From a virus (taxonomy: Duplodnaviria > Caudoviricetes), in IMG/VR virus record IMGVR_UViG_3300021255_001361, positions 776 through 64,775 of that record: a DNA stretch of 64,000 nucleotides, one strand, 5' to 3'. The notes beneath the pieces are model-generated. The model made no database searches and was not told the DNA's origin. It saw nothing but the letters and a program-made list of their open reading frames with translations. The position numbers and the translations under genes were made by a program. Each line of letters starts with the position of its first letter. Positions within the stretch are counted from its first letter, which is position 1. Below are positions 9,368 to 19,036 of the stretch, piece by piece.

Positions 9368-9711
9368 TTTTCTTCCTCCTGCGATATTAACTCCTTGAAT
9401 GTGTATTCATCTATAACGTAGTAATTCTGCATATCTGGTCCAAAGTTAAATGCAAGTGCATTGTATTCTTTTCCCATGTCAAATGCTTCTTCCTTGTTCT
9501 TAATCAGCCACTCATGTTTTATGCTGAATGATTGCTTTTCTTTGGTGCAAGTCTTTGCTTCTATCAGCCAGTTGTCTGTAGTCACATCACCCTTGTTAAA
9601 TTTTGTAGCACCGCTGTTAGCAACTTGTTTGCCACTAATCGCTTTTGCTATCTGTTTCTCCTGTTTATTACTATAAAACCTATTACTGTATTTTCTCTCT
9701 TTCTGCATCAC
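9364..9711 (-). CDS. PD-(D/E)XK nuclease, Holliday junction resolvase-like
   Basis: KQEKQIAK...NSGATKFNKGDV...WLIEAKT. Confidence 0.7.
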   Translation of the reverse strand: MMQKERKYSNRFYSNKQEKQIAKAISGKQVANSGATKFNKGDVTTDNWLIEAKTCTKEKQSFSIKHEWLIKNKEEAFDMGKEYNALAFNFGPDMQNYYVIDEYTFKELISQEEEK

Positions 9712-9780
9712 TTTTCTTCACTTTCTTTAACATACCTAATTCAAAACCATCATCTAAATATTTTTGTAAATCTTGTCGGT

Positions 9781-10296
9781 CTAATATTTCCCATATCGGT
9801 TCTGCCTTTTCTCGATTGCTTCAAGTTTATTAACTATATCTTTCTGGTTCTTATTACTGGTGATCAGATTATTTCTTAATTCACCTAAAATATAGTTTGT
9901 AGATTTCTGTTGTGCTAATATTTCTCGCAACAACTTATCTACATTTCCAAGGGCTATTAACAGGTTTTCATAGTTAGTGTTATCCACCTGTTTCTGAATT
10001 TCCTGTTTTTCCTGTTGACCAGTTATTATGTAATCCTTTTTATCAAGGTCATAATACTTACACAACTTCTCCAAGGCATCTAATGCCATAGTCCCATCTT
10101 TAATGGATTTAGAGTAATAAGTATCACCCCTACTCATTATAAACTCACTTACCTTTTTAGGATCAAACTTATCACCTTCAAAACTTTTAATCTGCTTATC
10201 AAGTAATTCTGCATTGATCTTAATATTCGGCTGCCTACTCAATTTACCACTTCCTTTCTTTCTATAATGGCGGATTTTACGATCCAACCAGACCAT
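9781..10296 (-). CDS. Hypothetical protein (possible HTH plus coiled coil)
   Basis: 171-aa ORF; C-terminal heptad pattern. Confidence 0.65.
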   Translation of the reverse strand: MVWLDRKIRHYRKKGSGKLSRQPNIKINAELLDKQIKSFEGDKFDPKKVSEFIMSRGDTYYSKSIKDGTMALDALEKLCKYYDLDKKDYIITGQQEKQEIQKQVDNTNYENLLIALGNVDKLLREILAQQKSTNYILGELRNNLITSNKNQKDIVNKLEAIEKRQNRYGKY

Positions 10297-10793
10297 TTAA
10301 TATTTACAAGTTCCTCTTTTATATTCTCAACATCATCAATTTCTCTGACAATACCAAGTTTTGATAAGCATATCGGACCAATACCATAATGTCTTGATAT
10401 AGGATTAGTAAGTTCCTTACCACAGCAATAACAGGTTATTGTTGGTTTTGCTAATCCGTGTAAATTCATATACACCATTCCAGGTGTTTCTTTTTCTATT
10501 ATACCCTGCATAATTCTCATTGGCATTGGGTTATTATCATTCCATTTCGCCATAAAATCAAATTCCAGGGTTGCTGGTTTGGTCATGTAAGGTTTTACAG
10601 TAATCTCATATTCACCTGTATCGTCTGTATTTTGCATTGTAGCGTGATCTGTAACATTTCTATGTGTGGATTTAAGGATTATATGAACCTTCCCGGAAAG
10701 TGTCTTAAAAATATGTTCAGCAGCTTGCACACTATCATATTCAACATCATTAATCACAACTGAACCTGTCCAATTATCAAATAATCTTACCAT
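10239..10793 (-). CDS. Hypothetical protein with DUF6011-like zinc ribbon
   Basis: CYCCGKELTNPISRHYGIGPIC. Confidence 0.7.
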   Translation of the reverse strand: MVRLFDNWTGSVVINDVEYDSVQAAEHIFKTLSGKVHIILKSTHRNVTDHATMQNTDDTGEYEITVKPYMTKPATLEFDFMAKWNDNNPMPMRIMQGIIEKETPGMVYMNLHGLAKPTITCYCCGKELTNPISRHYGIGPICLSKLGIVREIDDVENIKEELVNIKWSGWIVKSAIIERKEVVN

Positions 10794-11085
10794 TCTTTTT
10801 AGCAACCTCCTTCAACATATTAATTATTTGATCTGTTGTTGCGTTATACTGTTTCGCCATCCTTACTACCGTATGAAGATTACCAATAATATCTAATCTT
10901 CCTCGTTCTCTTCCAGCATTATATACTTCTTCAAGTTCCTCATCCCCCTCAAAATTAGGACTTTCACAATACGGACAGCCCTCATACTCATCATACATCT
11001 GGGGATCACATATAAAATTATTCATCTTATAACATATAGTTGGTTCTTCAAACCAACTATTACAGTTGTTACACCTGTACACCAT
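10777..11085 (-). CDS. Zinc-ribbon hypothetical protein
   Basis: CNNC...CPYC. Confidence 0.65.
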   Translation of the reverse strand: MVYRCNNCNSWFEEPTICYKMNNFICDPQMYDEYEGCPYCESPNFEGDEELEEVYNAGRERGRLDIIGNLHTVVRMAKQYNATTDQIINMLKEVAKKNGKII

Positions 11086-11112
11086 TTAACTTCCCTCCTT
11101 TAATGTTGTAGT

Positions 11113-11162
11113 ACACATTTATGACCTATATTTAATCTATCACACATTTATTAGTATGTCAA
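11113..11162 (-). promoter_or_regulatory. Promoter TTGACA-17-TAGATT with two ATAAATGTGT boxes
   Basis: -35 at 11157-11162, -10 at 11134-11139; boxes at 11113-11122 and 11142-11151. Confidence 0.7.
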
Positions 11163-11201
11163 CAACATTTTGATAATATTTATAAACTTTTTTTACTACA
11201 T

Positions 11202-11240
11202 AAAAAGAAAAGCACTTGCTGGGTCGGACAAGTGCTTTTC
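11202..11240 (-). terminator. Intrinsic terminator after recA
   Basis: AAAAGCACTTG...CAAGTGCTTTT stem with T run. Confidence 0.7.
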
Positions 11241-11299
11241 AAGGGGGAAGTTTTACATGGAAGTAGTGTTCCTTGTATGAAATAAAACTTACTATTATA

Positions 11300-12316
11300 T
11301 TAATCTTCTGTCATGGATTTGTCAACTAATTGTTCTACTTTGGCTAATAATTCCTCATCATTCTCTAATAGTGCGTACACATTAGCTTGACCCTGTACTT
11401 TGTCTGATATGACCTCTCCTGTTTCTGTATCTATTATCTCAAACCAAGCACCAGACTTCTTAATTATTCCATACTTAATAGCTACTTCAATCAAATCATT
11501 CAGATAGTCTATTCCGGTATCATATCTTAAAGTATAAAATCCTGTTCTTCTTGTCGGTGGGCATACTTTAGATTTTATAAGTGCTACATTAACTATATTA
11601 CCTACCGGGTTCTCTGCTGATCTTGTAAGTTCATTTCCTTTGCTGTCGATAAACTTTCCACGTCTAAATTCAAGTCTTAATACAGTATTATGTTTCCATG
11701 CTTTTCCACCTGTCGTTGTAGTTCCGCCATACATACTGTTCATATCATCACGCATCTGATTTATGCCTATAACAGTACAATTATTTCTCATACACAGACC
11801 TTCGGCTTTCTTACTGAAATTAGTTAATGCCATAGCTATTCCACCATAAGTTTTCTGGTCTACTGTTTTCTCCATAGCTTGATTTGATACCATTACACCC
11901 AGACTATCTATGATTACCAATCCTATCTCATTAGTATCTATCATATCAAGAATAAACTGGAATATATCTTCTGCACCCTGTGACGTTGGATTAAGGATTA
12001 TCAGTTGGTCTAAATCTACACCCAGCTTTGTTGCCCATACTGTATCAAGTGTATTCTCTGCATCAACATACAGGACTTTTCTATCATACACCTGCTGATA
12101 ATTAGCAACTACATCAAGTGCTGTTGTTGTCTTTCCGCCATGTTCTTCTCCATAAAACTCAACCAGCTTACCAACAGGCACTCCGCCGAATGTCATATAG
12201 TTAAGTCTCGGACTGGTAAACGGAATACGCTCATAGTCGTATGTAGCAACACCTGTATGAACTAATTCCTCTTTCCACGTCTTGTTAAAGTTTTTCATTA
12301 TCTCATCTATCTTCAC
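11300..12316 (-). CDS. recA: RecA recombinase
   Basis: EFYGEEHGGKTT Walker A, VLYVDAEN, IIDSLG, GINQMR, TTGGKAWKH, KSGAWF. Confidence 0.95.
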   Translation of the reverse strand: MKIDEIMKNFNKTWKEELVHTGVATYDYERIPFTSPRLNYMTFGGVPVGKLVEFYGEEHGGKTTTALDVVANYQQVYDRKVLYVDAENTLDTVWATKLGVDLDQLIILNPTSQGAEDIFQFILDMIDTNEIGLVIIDSLGVMVSNQAMEKTVDQKTYGGIAMALTNFSKKAEGLCMRNNCTVIGINQMRDDMNSMYGGTTTTGGKAWKHNTVLRLEFRRGKFIDSKGNELTRSAENPVGNIVNVALIKSKVCPPTRRTGFYTLRYDTGIDYLNDLIEVAIKYGIIKKSGAWFEIIDTETGEVISDKVQGQANVYALLENDEELLAKVEQLVDKSMTED

Positions 12317-12582
12317 TACTCTTCCTCACTTTCTGCTTCTATAATTGTATCTGCTTGGTCTATAGCATCTATAAAATCTGAAGGTTCATAATCGTTCATG
12401 CCCCAAGATGATACTTCTTCTCGTAAGGCATCTAAATCACCTATTCTGCCATGACCTTTAGGTAATGGAGTGCCATTTGCTACTGCTTTATCAATTATAG
12501 TTTCAAACCCATCAAAACCTTGTTCTCTGAGAAATTTTAACTGTTCATAGGTTCTTTCCGGTATATCAATTACTATCTGCAT
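12316..12582 (-). CDS. Hypothetical protein
   Basis: 88-aa ORF typical of phage early genes. Confidence 0.7.
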   Translation of the reverse strand: MQIVIDIPERTYEQLKFLREQGFDGFETIIDKAVANGTPLPKGHGRIGDLDALREEVSSWGMNDYEPSDFIDAIDQADTIIEAESEEE

Positions 12583-12593
12583 ATTATCCCTCC

Positions 12594-13364
12594 TTATCTG
12601 TAACAGAAATACACACCATCTATATAGTCATACACACCACTACCCTGTGAGAAGTTTGCTTGAAATACCACGTCACTTGGTAACCATGAACCGTTCTGTA
12701 GCAAATCTCTTGCTATCTCATAGCAACGGTCACTCGGTGTCAGGTCATAGTTCCCATCCCATGTACAAGCGTATTGACCTGACTGCCAGATTACACCAGC
12801 AATGGTGTCCGGAAAATCTGGGTGATTCACTCTATTCAACACAACTGAACCCACATAATATCTTGTGGTATCTGAACACCAGCTTGCCCCTGCTTCTCCA
12901 TTGATAAGATGTGCTAATAACCATAACTCATAATCATCAACGCTTGCATCTGTGCTTGTTGCTACTATGGTTGTAGGTTCTTCTGTCTGTCGTTCTGTCG
13001 TTGTTACCTCTTCTGTGGTTGATTCTGTCGTGTATTCAGTTGTGGTTACTTCTTCTGTTGTTATCTCTGTCGTAGCTTCTGTGGTCGTTACAGTTGTCTG
13101 TTCTGTTGTTACCGCTTTCTTTGCTACTGTCGTGACTTCGGTTGTAACTTCTTCTGTCGTAGCTTCTGTTGTTACAGTCTCTGTCGGATATTCAGATGTA
13201 GTAATATCATCTTCTGTCTTATCTTCCTTATTAAACATGAGATAAATGATATTCCACTTGCCATATTTCTGACTTGAATTATTATGGCTTGCTATATCTA
13301 TCCAGCAAACTATCAGATACAATAATACTATTCCACAAACTATATAGATGATATTTCTTTTCAC
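12594..13364 (-). CDS. Membrane-anchored SleB/CwlJ-like cell wall hydrolase with Thr/Glu-rich linker
   Basis: N-terminal TM; TTE repeats; LLAHLINGEAG, VGSVVLNRVNHPDFPDTIAGVIWQSGQY. Confidence 0.85.
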   Translation of the reverse strand: MKRNIIYIVCGIVLLYLIVCWIDIASHNNSSQKYGKWNIIYLMFNKEDKTEDDITTSEYPTETVTTEATTEEVTTEVTTVAKKAVTTEQTTVTTTEATTEITTEEVTTTEYTTESTTEEVTTTERQTEEPTTIVATSTDASVDDYELWLLAHLINGEAGASWCSDTTRYYVGSVVLNRVNHPDFPDTIAGVIWQSGQYACTWDGNYDLTPSDRCYEIARDLLQNGSWLPSDVVFQANFSQGSGVYDYIDGVYFCYR

Positions 13365-13891
13365 TACTGATTTCCTCCTAATCTTGTCAACTCCATTTCC
13401 TGCATACGTCTTGAAAGTGATTTCTTACAACTACTCATTAATTCCTGTGCATTTTCTATCTTCGCTTTCATGGTCTTGTATGCACGATTATAACAGATAT
13501 TAACAAGCTGTTCCTCTTGACTTGCAAGTTCTGCAAGACTGTCTTTATCCTGTACTGTTCCTTTATTCTGACTTGATCTTGCTGTGTGATATATTTCCTT
13601 ATATACACTTCTGCTTATATCATCACGAATACCAAGCTGTTCACACATACCACCAGCAAAGTAGATAAGTGTTGACAGATTAAGACACCAATCTTCAAGT
13701 TCTTCATCTGTAGCTGGATTAGTTCCGTCTTTCAAACACTCTCTGATAAAGTCCACATACTTATCAAGCCCTTTGCAATATGGCTGGATTATGTCATAAA
13801 CAATATCGTCTATTACTCGGCTATGTTCTTCCACTTTCTGTTGTACTTCATGCACTCTATCTAATTCTTCCTGTGATAGTTCTATTCTCAT
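13364..13891 (-). CDS. Coiled-coil hypothetical protein (possible recombination mediator)
   Basis: 175-aa helical ORF between the recU-like gene and recA; function inferred from context only. Confidence 0.6.
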   Translation of the reverse strand: MRIELSQEELDRVHEVQQKVEEHSRVIDDIVYDIIQPYCKGLDKYVDFIRECLKDGTNPATDEELEDWCLNLSTLIYFAGGMCEQLGIRDDISRSVYKEIYHTARSSQNKGTVQDKDSLAELASQEEQLVNICYNRAYKTMKAKIENAQELMSSCKKSLSRRMQEMELTRLGGNQ

Positions 13892-14361
13892 ACTTCCCTC
13901 CTGTTTATCTTTTCTATAGTGTGAAAAAAGTAATCCATATCATAATCGAAAAATACTCTTTTCTTTTTGCCTTGTAGTCTAATATAGGCTTCATCAAATC
14001 GAATACTCTTATCACCTAAATCTTTGGCAACTTTCAAGTCGTTTATTTCAACAAATATGGTTACATCTTTATCAACAAACCATATTATCAATCCAGCAAT
14101 TACACCTTTTATCTTTGACTTTTCTAACAAACCTCTAAACTGATTATCGGTGATATTACTGAATGGAAACGTATTACCATGTACTGACTTGCACTCAATG
14201 TAATATTCATAGGGCTTCTTATACACGATAAAATCACAGATATTCTTACTACCTAAATACCCTGTGGTCTGGTCGTGTAGTCTATCTACTGATACATTAG
14301 GTATCTTTTCAAAGGACTTTTTAATTACTTCTTCAAACTGTTTCCCTCGATTCTGGTTCAT
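13888..14361 (-). CDS. recU: RecU-like Holliday junction resolvase
   Basis: NRGKQFE, CDFIVY, YIECKS motifs. Confidence 0.85.
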   Translation of the reverse strand: MNQNRGKQFEEVIKKSFEKIPNVSVDRLHDQTTGYLGSKNICDFIVYKKPYEYYIECKSVHGNTFPFSNITDNQFRGLLEKSKIKGVIAGLIIWFVDKDVTIFVEINDLKVAKDLGDKSIRFDEAYIRLQGKKKRVFFDYDMDYFFHTIEKINRREV

Positions 14362-14785
14362 TCTCTTCCTCTTTCTTTTTCGCCCAACGTGCTTTTCCGG
14401 CATCACTTAACTGCTTTCTACGCGCTTCACTTATTTCTTTCTTTTCTGGGGTCATTACCTTATTCCACTTCTCTACAGCCTGGTATAAATTTGCCCCAGT
14501 TACATATTTCTCACACTCTTTACACTCTATATAATATGATCCATCTTTGACAACTCGCCTACGTTTATTACACCCGCATAAACATGGCAACAGCTTGGTA
14601 TAATTTCGCTTTACAACCATATAACCCTGTCTATCAACTTCTTTTCTGGTCTCATCAAGTGTCATTTTATACTCTTCAATCACCTTGATCACATCTTCTA
14701 ATTCCACATATTTAGTTTTTTCACCCTCAAACATCTTATATGTCTGTAATTTCTTGATCTTGTTAATTAACCTGGTACTCTGCAT
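14333..14785 (-). CDS. Hypothetical protein with CxCxC/CxxC and basic tail
   Basis: 150-aa ORF; PCLCGC, ECKEC. Confidence 0.65.
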   Translation of the reverse strand: MQSTRLINKIKKLQTYKMFEGEKTKYVELEDVIKVIEEYKMTLDETRKEVDRQGYMVVKRNYTKLLPCLCGCNKRRRVVKDGSYYIECKECEKYVTGANLYQAVEKWNKVMTPEKKEISEARRKQLSDAGKARWAKKKEEENEPESRETV

Positions 14786-14786
14786 C

Positions 14787-15593
14787 TTAATCCTCCTTAT
14801 TGCACCTTTCTCTATAACTACAATAACTACAAGCCTTTTTGCTTACGTTTTCTGGTTTCGGTGGTACTTTCAGCTTCTTAATATAACTGTCACACTCCTC
14901 TATATAGCTGATAAGTTCCTCTTTCATTTCATCTGTGACTTCTAACATAAATGCTTTCTTATCACAGTTGTCTCTGCACTCATACAGGAATATAACTTCA
15001 TTAAGTCCAAACGCTACACTGTATGCTGTAGCTTGATTATAATGTGATGGGTCTACTCCTGACCGCATAAAGAATTTATTGCTGTTCTCTGTCTTAATCT
15101 CAAGAATATAATAATGATTATGGTATCTGATTATTCCGTCACACAGAAAACTCATATTCAGCTTTTTATGATACAGCTTTGTTTCAAATCCACCTTTTTC
15201 CAAAGTTGGTTCTTTCACTATATCAAGGTAGTCAAGTCCTCTTTGTCTGACAAAACTTGCTACATTGATATACTCACAATCAATACCATTATCTTTCATG
15301 TGCAATACAGCTTCCTGTATTCTCTCATGCCTGTCAGAACCGCTTTCACAAATTCCTATGATCATACTACTACTTTCAGCACCATCTGGTTCTGCCCCAG
15401 TGATTACATAAAAACTCTGTCTAATACAATTCATACCAGAAGGCTTATATGTCTTACTTCCAGGTGCCTTATTATTTTGATCTTCAATCTCAATGGATCG
15501 TCTTAAATCATTTAAAAATGATTGCTCTACAGGAAGTTCCGCCTTTGCAACATCTATAAGATTGAAGATGTTTTTTAAACTATTCCTTGCCAT
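14787..15593 (-). CDS. Cas4-like PD-(D/E)XK exonuclease with Fe-S cysteines
   Basis: PSGMNCIRQ, CDGII, ILEIKT, Q..AY, CSYCSYRERC. Confidence 0.85.
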   Translation of the reverse strand: MARNSLKNIFNLIDVAKAELPVEQSFLNDLRRSIEIEDQNNKAPGSKTYKPSGMNCIRQSFYVITGAEPDGAESSSMIIGICESGSDRHERIQEAVLHMKDNGIDCEYINVASFVRQRGLDYLDIVKEPTLEKGGFETKLYHKKLNMSFLCDGIIRYHNHYYILEIKTENSNKFFMRSGVDPSHYNQATAYSVAFGLNEVIFLYECRDNCDKKAFMLEVTDEMKEELISYIEECDSYIKKLKVPPKPENVSKKACSYCSYRERCNKED

Positions 15594-15624
15594 TACTAAT
15601 CCTCCTTATATTGTAACTAAACAT

Positions 15625-15653
15625 AGTATAACGCATTTATATAAAGTTGTCAA
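15625..15653 (-). promoter_or_regulatory. Promoter TTGACA-17-TATACT with ATAAATGCGT box
   Basis: Box at 15631-15640 abuts the -10 element. Confidence 0.7.
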
Positions 15654-15677
15654 TAAAATATTTATAAATATTTTTAT

Positions 15678-15711
15678 AAAAATACAGGCTTGATAACTTG
15701 TACCAAGCCTG
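15678..15711 (-). terminator. Intrinsic terminator after dnaN
   Basis: CAGGCTTG...CAAGCCTG stem followed by TATTTTT. Confidence 0.6.
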
Positions 15712-15733
15712 CACTTATTAAATCTGATCATAT

Positions 15734-16816
15734 TTAATTTACATTTACAAAAAGTGCTATAACCTGCGTTATACTTCCGTCTACAAACTTTATCAGATTA
15801 TCATTTCCATAGTGTATCTCTACTACATCACCTGCATATGATTTAAGCTGTGCCGTAAGAAGTGCTATATTTATCCAGCACTCAAAATCCCCACTTTTAT
15901 CTGTATCTTCTGTGTACCATATATCTTCACAACTTTTACCAGATTTGTTAGATACTGTAAGCGCACCACTACCGAAACTCAACTTAACAGGCGCAAGCTG
16001 TCTTGTTACATCAGTAGCAAAAAGTGTCATTCTATCTAACAGATTAAGAAGTTCAAGTTTGTTTATCTTACAGGTATATGGGAAATTCATTGAAAGTAAT
16101 TCACTTAACTTCTGCGCTGGATATTCTTCTATATCCATATTGTTCTTTGAATAGACTATACAGCCAGTTCCTTTGAATATAACATACTCATCACCCATTA
16201 CCATATCTATGGTTTCATCTGTCATGTTATCAAGTAAGTCCATGCACTCTGCTGATATAAGCATATCGTCTGGACAAAGCCTGTTAGCAATCCCTGCAAC
16301 CATATGTCTGTTTGTAGCAAGTATTGTATCACCAGCATAATACTGTGTGATTACAGGCATTTCCATGTTTGTTGCGAGTGAACCTTTGAGTGATTCAAGT
16401 ATTGTCTTAACAAGACTTAAACTCACTGTTGCTGTTCTTTTAGTTACATGAGCAGCTTCTACAGGGTTTGGGTACTTAATAAGCATACCATTCTCATCTA
16501 ATGGAAGTTCAAGTGTATATACACCGTTACCTCTAACTTCAAGATTGCCATTCTCAATCTTCAACTCTGTATATTCACTTGTCATTTTAGATATAAGTTT
16601 GGCAAACTGTTCTACATATACTGTGACTGAAAAATCATCACTATCCACCTGATTTGTAATATACAGATAGTTTGTAGCATCTGTGGTTATGATAGATAAC
16701 TCACCGTCTTTCATTTCAATACCCATAAGCTGCGTTATAGGTATCTGCTTATTATTTCCTGCACCTCTGGTAGATTTTGCTACCATTCCTTTTAATACTT
16801 CTGTGTTGATCTTCAT
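15734..16816 (-). CDS. dnaN: DNA polymerase III beta-like sliding clamp
   Basis: 360 aa; MKINTEVLK..., IITTDATNYL, ATNRH, LEEYP-like, INIALLTAQLK, three-domain clamp layout. Confidence 0.85.
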   Translation of the reverse strand: MKINTEVLKGMVAKSTRGAGNNKQIPITQLMGIEMKDGELSIITTDATNYLYITNQVDSDDFSVTVYVEQFAKLISKMTSEYTELKIENGNLEVRGNGVYTLELPLDENGMLIKYPNPVEAAHVTKRTATVSLSLVKTILESLKGSLATNMEMPVITQYYAGDTILATNRHMVAGIANRLCPDDMLISAECMDLLDNMTDETIDMVMGDEYVIFKGTGCIVYSKNNMDIEEYPAQKLSELLSMNFPYTCKINKLELLNLLDRMTLFATDVTRQLAPVKLSFGSGALTVSNKSGKSCEDIWYTEDTDKSGDFECWINIALLTAQLKSYAGDVVEIHYGNDNLIKFVDGSITQVIALFVNVN

Positions 16817-16828
16817 TTTTCTTCCTCC

Positions 16829-18292
16829 TTAAAATAACATTGATGTATTCTCTGAAATTATATCAGCCTTATTTACTGCACTTAAATTAACAGTATTAGC
16901 ATAATCTATTCTCGCTTTAGATATAGCCAAATATTCTTTATTTAATTCTATACCTATGTACTTATAATTCTTGTTGGTAGCCCGGTTTTCAAAAACTACT
17001 GCTTTTCCGGTACTACCACTTCCGTTAAATGGATCGAGTATTACACCATCTTTAGGTGTTACAAGTTTGATCAAATACTGCATAAGTTCCATAGGTTTTA
17101 CAGTTGGATGTGTATTCTTTCTTAAATTATTACGCACATTTCCACTACCTGTAAGTAGTGACTGATTTTCTGTGTCTATCATACCTCCACCTACTTTATC
17201 TATAAACTTACCTAACCCCTCATCACGGTCCTTTTTACTTGCTTTTGCACAATAGAAGTACCTTGCGGCTGACCCACTATCCATGGGTGCTACATATCCG
17301 GTGTCTATACGTTTGGCATTACTTGTTTGACCAAAAGAAAGTTTATCAATACCTATTGCTTCTTTTGATTTTTGCCCTACGTCTCTAAAATCCTGTGATG
17401 TGGTCCTTCCACCATTACTTTCACTATATGGCATACCACCACAAACTTCTTGCTCGTCTGTTTCATCATAAGTAAGTATAACATTTGACGGGAATCTTCC
17501 GTTATGATCTATATTCAATGCCTCTGTTTCTTGAAACATACCTAATGCTTTGCCGGTTCTTTCATCACCAGCCATTGGGTTTTTCCTTGCTCCATTTGTA
17601 GTTATTACATCTGTACCTATTCTACACTCGTCAATATTAAGCCCACCGACACCATATTTAAGTACATTATCTGTAACACTGCCCTCACAAGGTTTTCTTG
17701 CTACAATAATAGGCTCATATGCTGGTTTTAGGGCTGTTCCCCAACCGTCCCACTTCTTGCCCTCTTCAGTCTGATAATTAACATTAACTGTTCTTGCGTG
17801 TTCATCAGCAGAATAGTCAGATGGTCTGGCACCGTAAAATTCATTGTTAGCGTTTAATCCCCAGTTGCCGGATTTAGTCTTTGTGCCATCTAAATTCTTC
17901 CACTCTTGGGTATTTGCGCTACCCGTAGTAAGTTTACTTTCAATCGCTTTGCCTAAATTCATAGATTTAGGAAACCCCGAACCATACAACCACATAATTG
18001 TATCTCTGATCTCAAATCCCGCATCTTCAATAGCAACTGCGATCCTGTGAAAAGTTCTACTACCACCAAATGCTAACAAATAACCACCTGGTTTTAACAC
18101 TTCATAACATTTCTTCCAAGTATCAGATTGAAAAGCTACACCGGAATTATCCCAGCCCTTGTTCATAAAATTTAATTCGTATGGTGGGTCCGTTACGATA
18201 CTGTCAATACTACTATGATCAATATGATCTAACATATCCAGCATACTGCCCTCGTACAGCGTATATATATCATTTTTACTATATAATTTCAC
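16829..18292 (-). CDS. Beta-class N6-adenine/N4-cytosine DNA methyltransferase
   Basis: SIVTDPPY precedes HPTVKP and DPFNGSGSTG; GTG start after AAGGTGG. Confidence 0.9.
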   Translation of the reverse strand: MKLYSKNDIYTLYEGSMLDMLDHIDHSSIDSIVTDPPYELNFMNKGWDNSGVAFQSDTWKKCYEVLKPGGYLLAFGGSRTFHRIAVAIEDAGFEIRDTIMWLYGSGFPKSMNLGKAIESKLTTGSANTQEWKNLDGTKTKSGNWGLNANNEFYGARPSDYSADEHARTVNVNYQTEEGKKWDGWGTALKPAYEPIIVARKPCEGSVTDNVLKYGVGGLNIDECRIGTDVITTNGARKNPMAGDERTGKALGMFQETEALNIDHNGRFPSNVILTYDETDEQEVCGGMPYSESNGGRTTSQDFRDVGQKSKEAIGIDKLSFGQTSNAKRIDTGYVAPMDSGSAARYFYCAKASKKDRDEGLGKFIDKVGGGMIDTENQSLLTGSGNVRNNLRKNTHPTVKPMELMQYLIKLVTPKDGVILDPFNGSGSTGKAVVFENRATNKNYKYIGIELNKEYLAISKARIDYANTVNLSAVNKADIISENTSMLF

Positions 18293-18305
18293 TCTATTAC
18301 CACCT

Positions 18306-18515
18306 TTAAAATAATTTATTACTCTTGCACTCCTGTACAAACATATTATCAAATATAGCCATAAGTACATCGACTACAATACTGTTTCCAGCTTGTTTAT
18401 ACTTTTGTGTGTTACTTACTGTAAGTTTCTCATAGTCCTCATCTTTAACTCCCATAAGTCTAAAACATTCTTTTGGTGTTAATTTTCTAATCCTATACTG
18501 TATCTCATTATTCAT
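18306..18515 (-). CDS. C5 cytosine methyltransferase C-terminal peptide (motifs IX-X)
   Basis: YRIRKLTPKECFRLMG...YKQAGNSIVVDVL; has its own AGGAG RBS. Confidence 0.85.
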   Translation of the reverse strand: MNNEIQYRIRKLTPKECFRLMGVKDEDYEKLTVSNTQKYKQAGNSIVVDVLMAIFDNMFVQECKSNKLF

Positions 18516-18535
18516 ATCAATATCACTCCTATTCT

Positions 18536-19036
18536 CTATTGTAATTTTCCTTCATCGTTACGAACTATACGAATTGCACTTGCCTCTAACACATAATTAT
18601 CCTTTTGAACTGTTGATAATGTATTTGCTATGTGATCAGATTGTATTTCAAGTCGTTGTTCAAGATTTTTTGATAATCTGTCACTTGGGTTATCTGGGTC
18701 TCTACCCACACTCCGTACTATTAAAGGTTCAATTTCCTTTAATTCTGAATAAACTTCTAACAACATTGATGTACTGGTAACTGTAGTTAGTGCGTTAGCA
18801 ACATCTTCATTAGACAATTCTAATTTCTGTTCATACTTATTTTCTACAGAATCCCTACCTCTAATTGCAGCTGGTTTGACCTCTTTTATCAAAATTTTCA
18901 CCTCTCCATCCGTATGATAACAGGGTATTGTGGGTGATATATATAAGGGGTCATAGACACGATTACTCTGGTCATAATTGTATATATGAATTGAACCTAA
19001 ACAGTTACATCTTGTAGCAGTTGTGTCACATTTCAA
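18536..19036 (-). CDS. C5 methyltransferase variable-region (TRD-like) modules
   Basis: Repeated units QSNRVYD..ISPTI, AIRGR..EQKLE..ANALTT, SVGR..EQRLE..ANTLSTVQKDNYVLE. Confidence 0.7.
   Translation of the reverse strand: MKCDTTATRCNCLGSIHIYNYDQSNRVYDPLYISPTIPCYHTDGEVKILIKEVKPAAIRGRDSVENKYEQKLELSNEDVANALTTVTSTSMLLEVYSELKEIEPLIVRSVGRDPDNPSDRLSKNLEQRLEIQSDHIANTLSTVQKDNYVLEASAIRIVRNDEGKLQ

Noticed and set aside
9660-9825. Coding-like start-less frame (REKAEPIWEILDRQDLQ...) overlapping the end of 9781-10296
   Set aside because: No start codon or convincing slippery site; cannot be supported.
12952-13245. Val/Ser-rich plus-strand ORF resembling a membrane protein
   Set aside because: Reverse complement of the Thr-rich linker of the hydrolase.
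14787-15593. Cas4-like gene as evidence of a CRISPR system
   Set aside because: No repeat-spacer array or other cas genes; solo Cas4-like exonucleases are normal in phage recombination modules.
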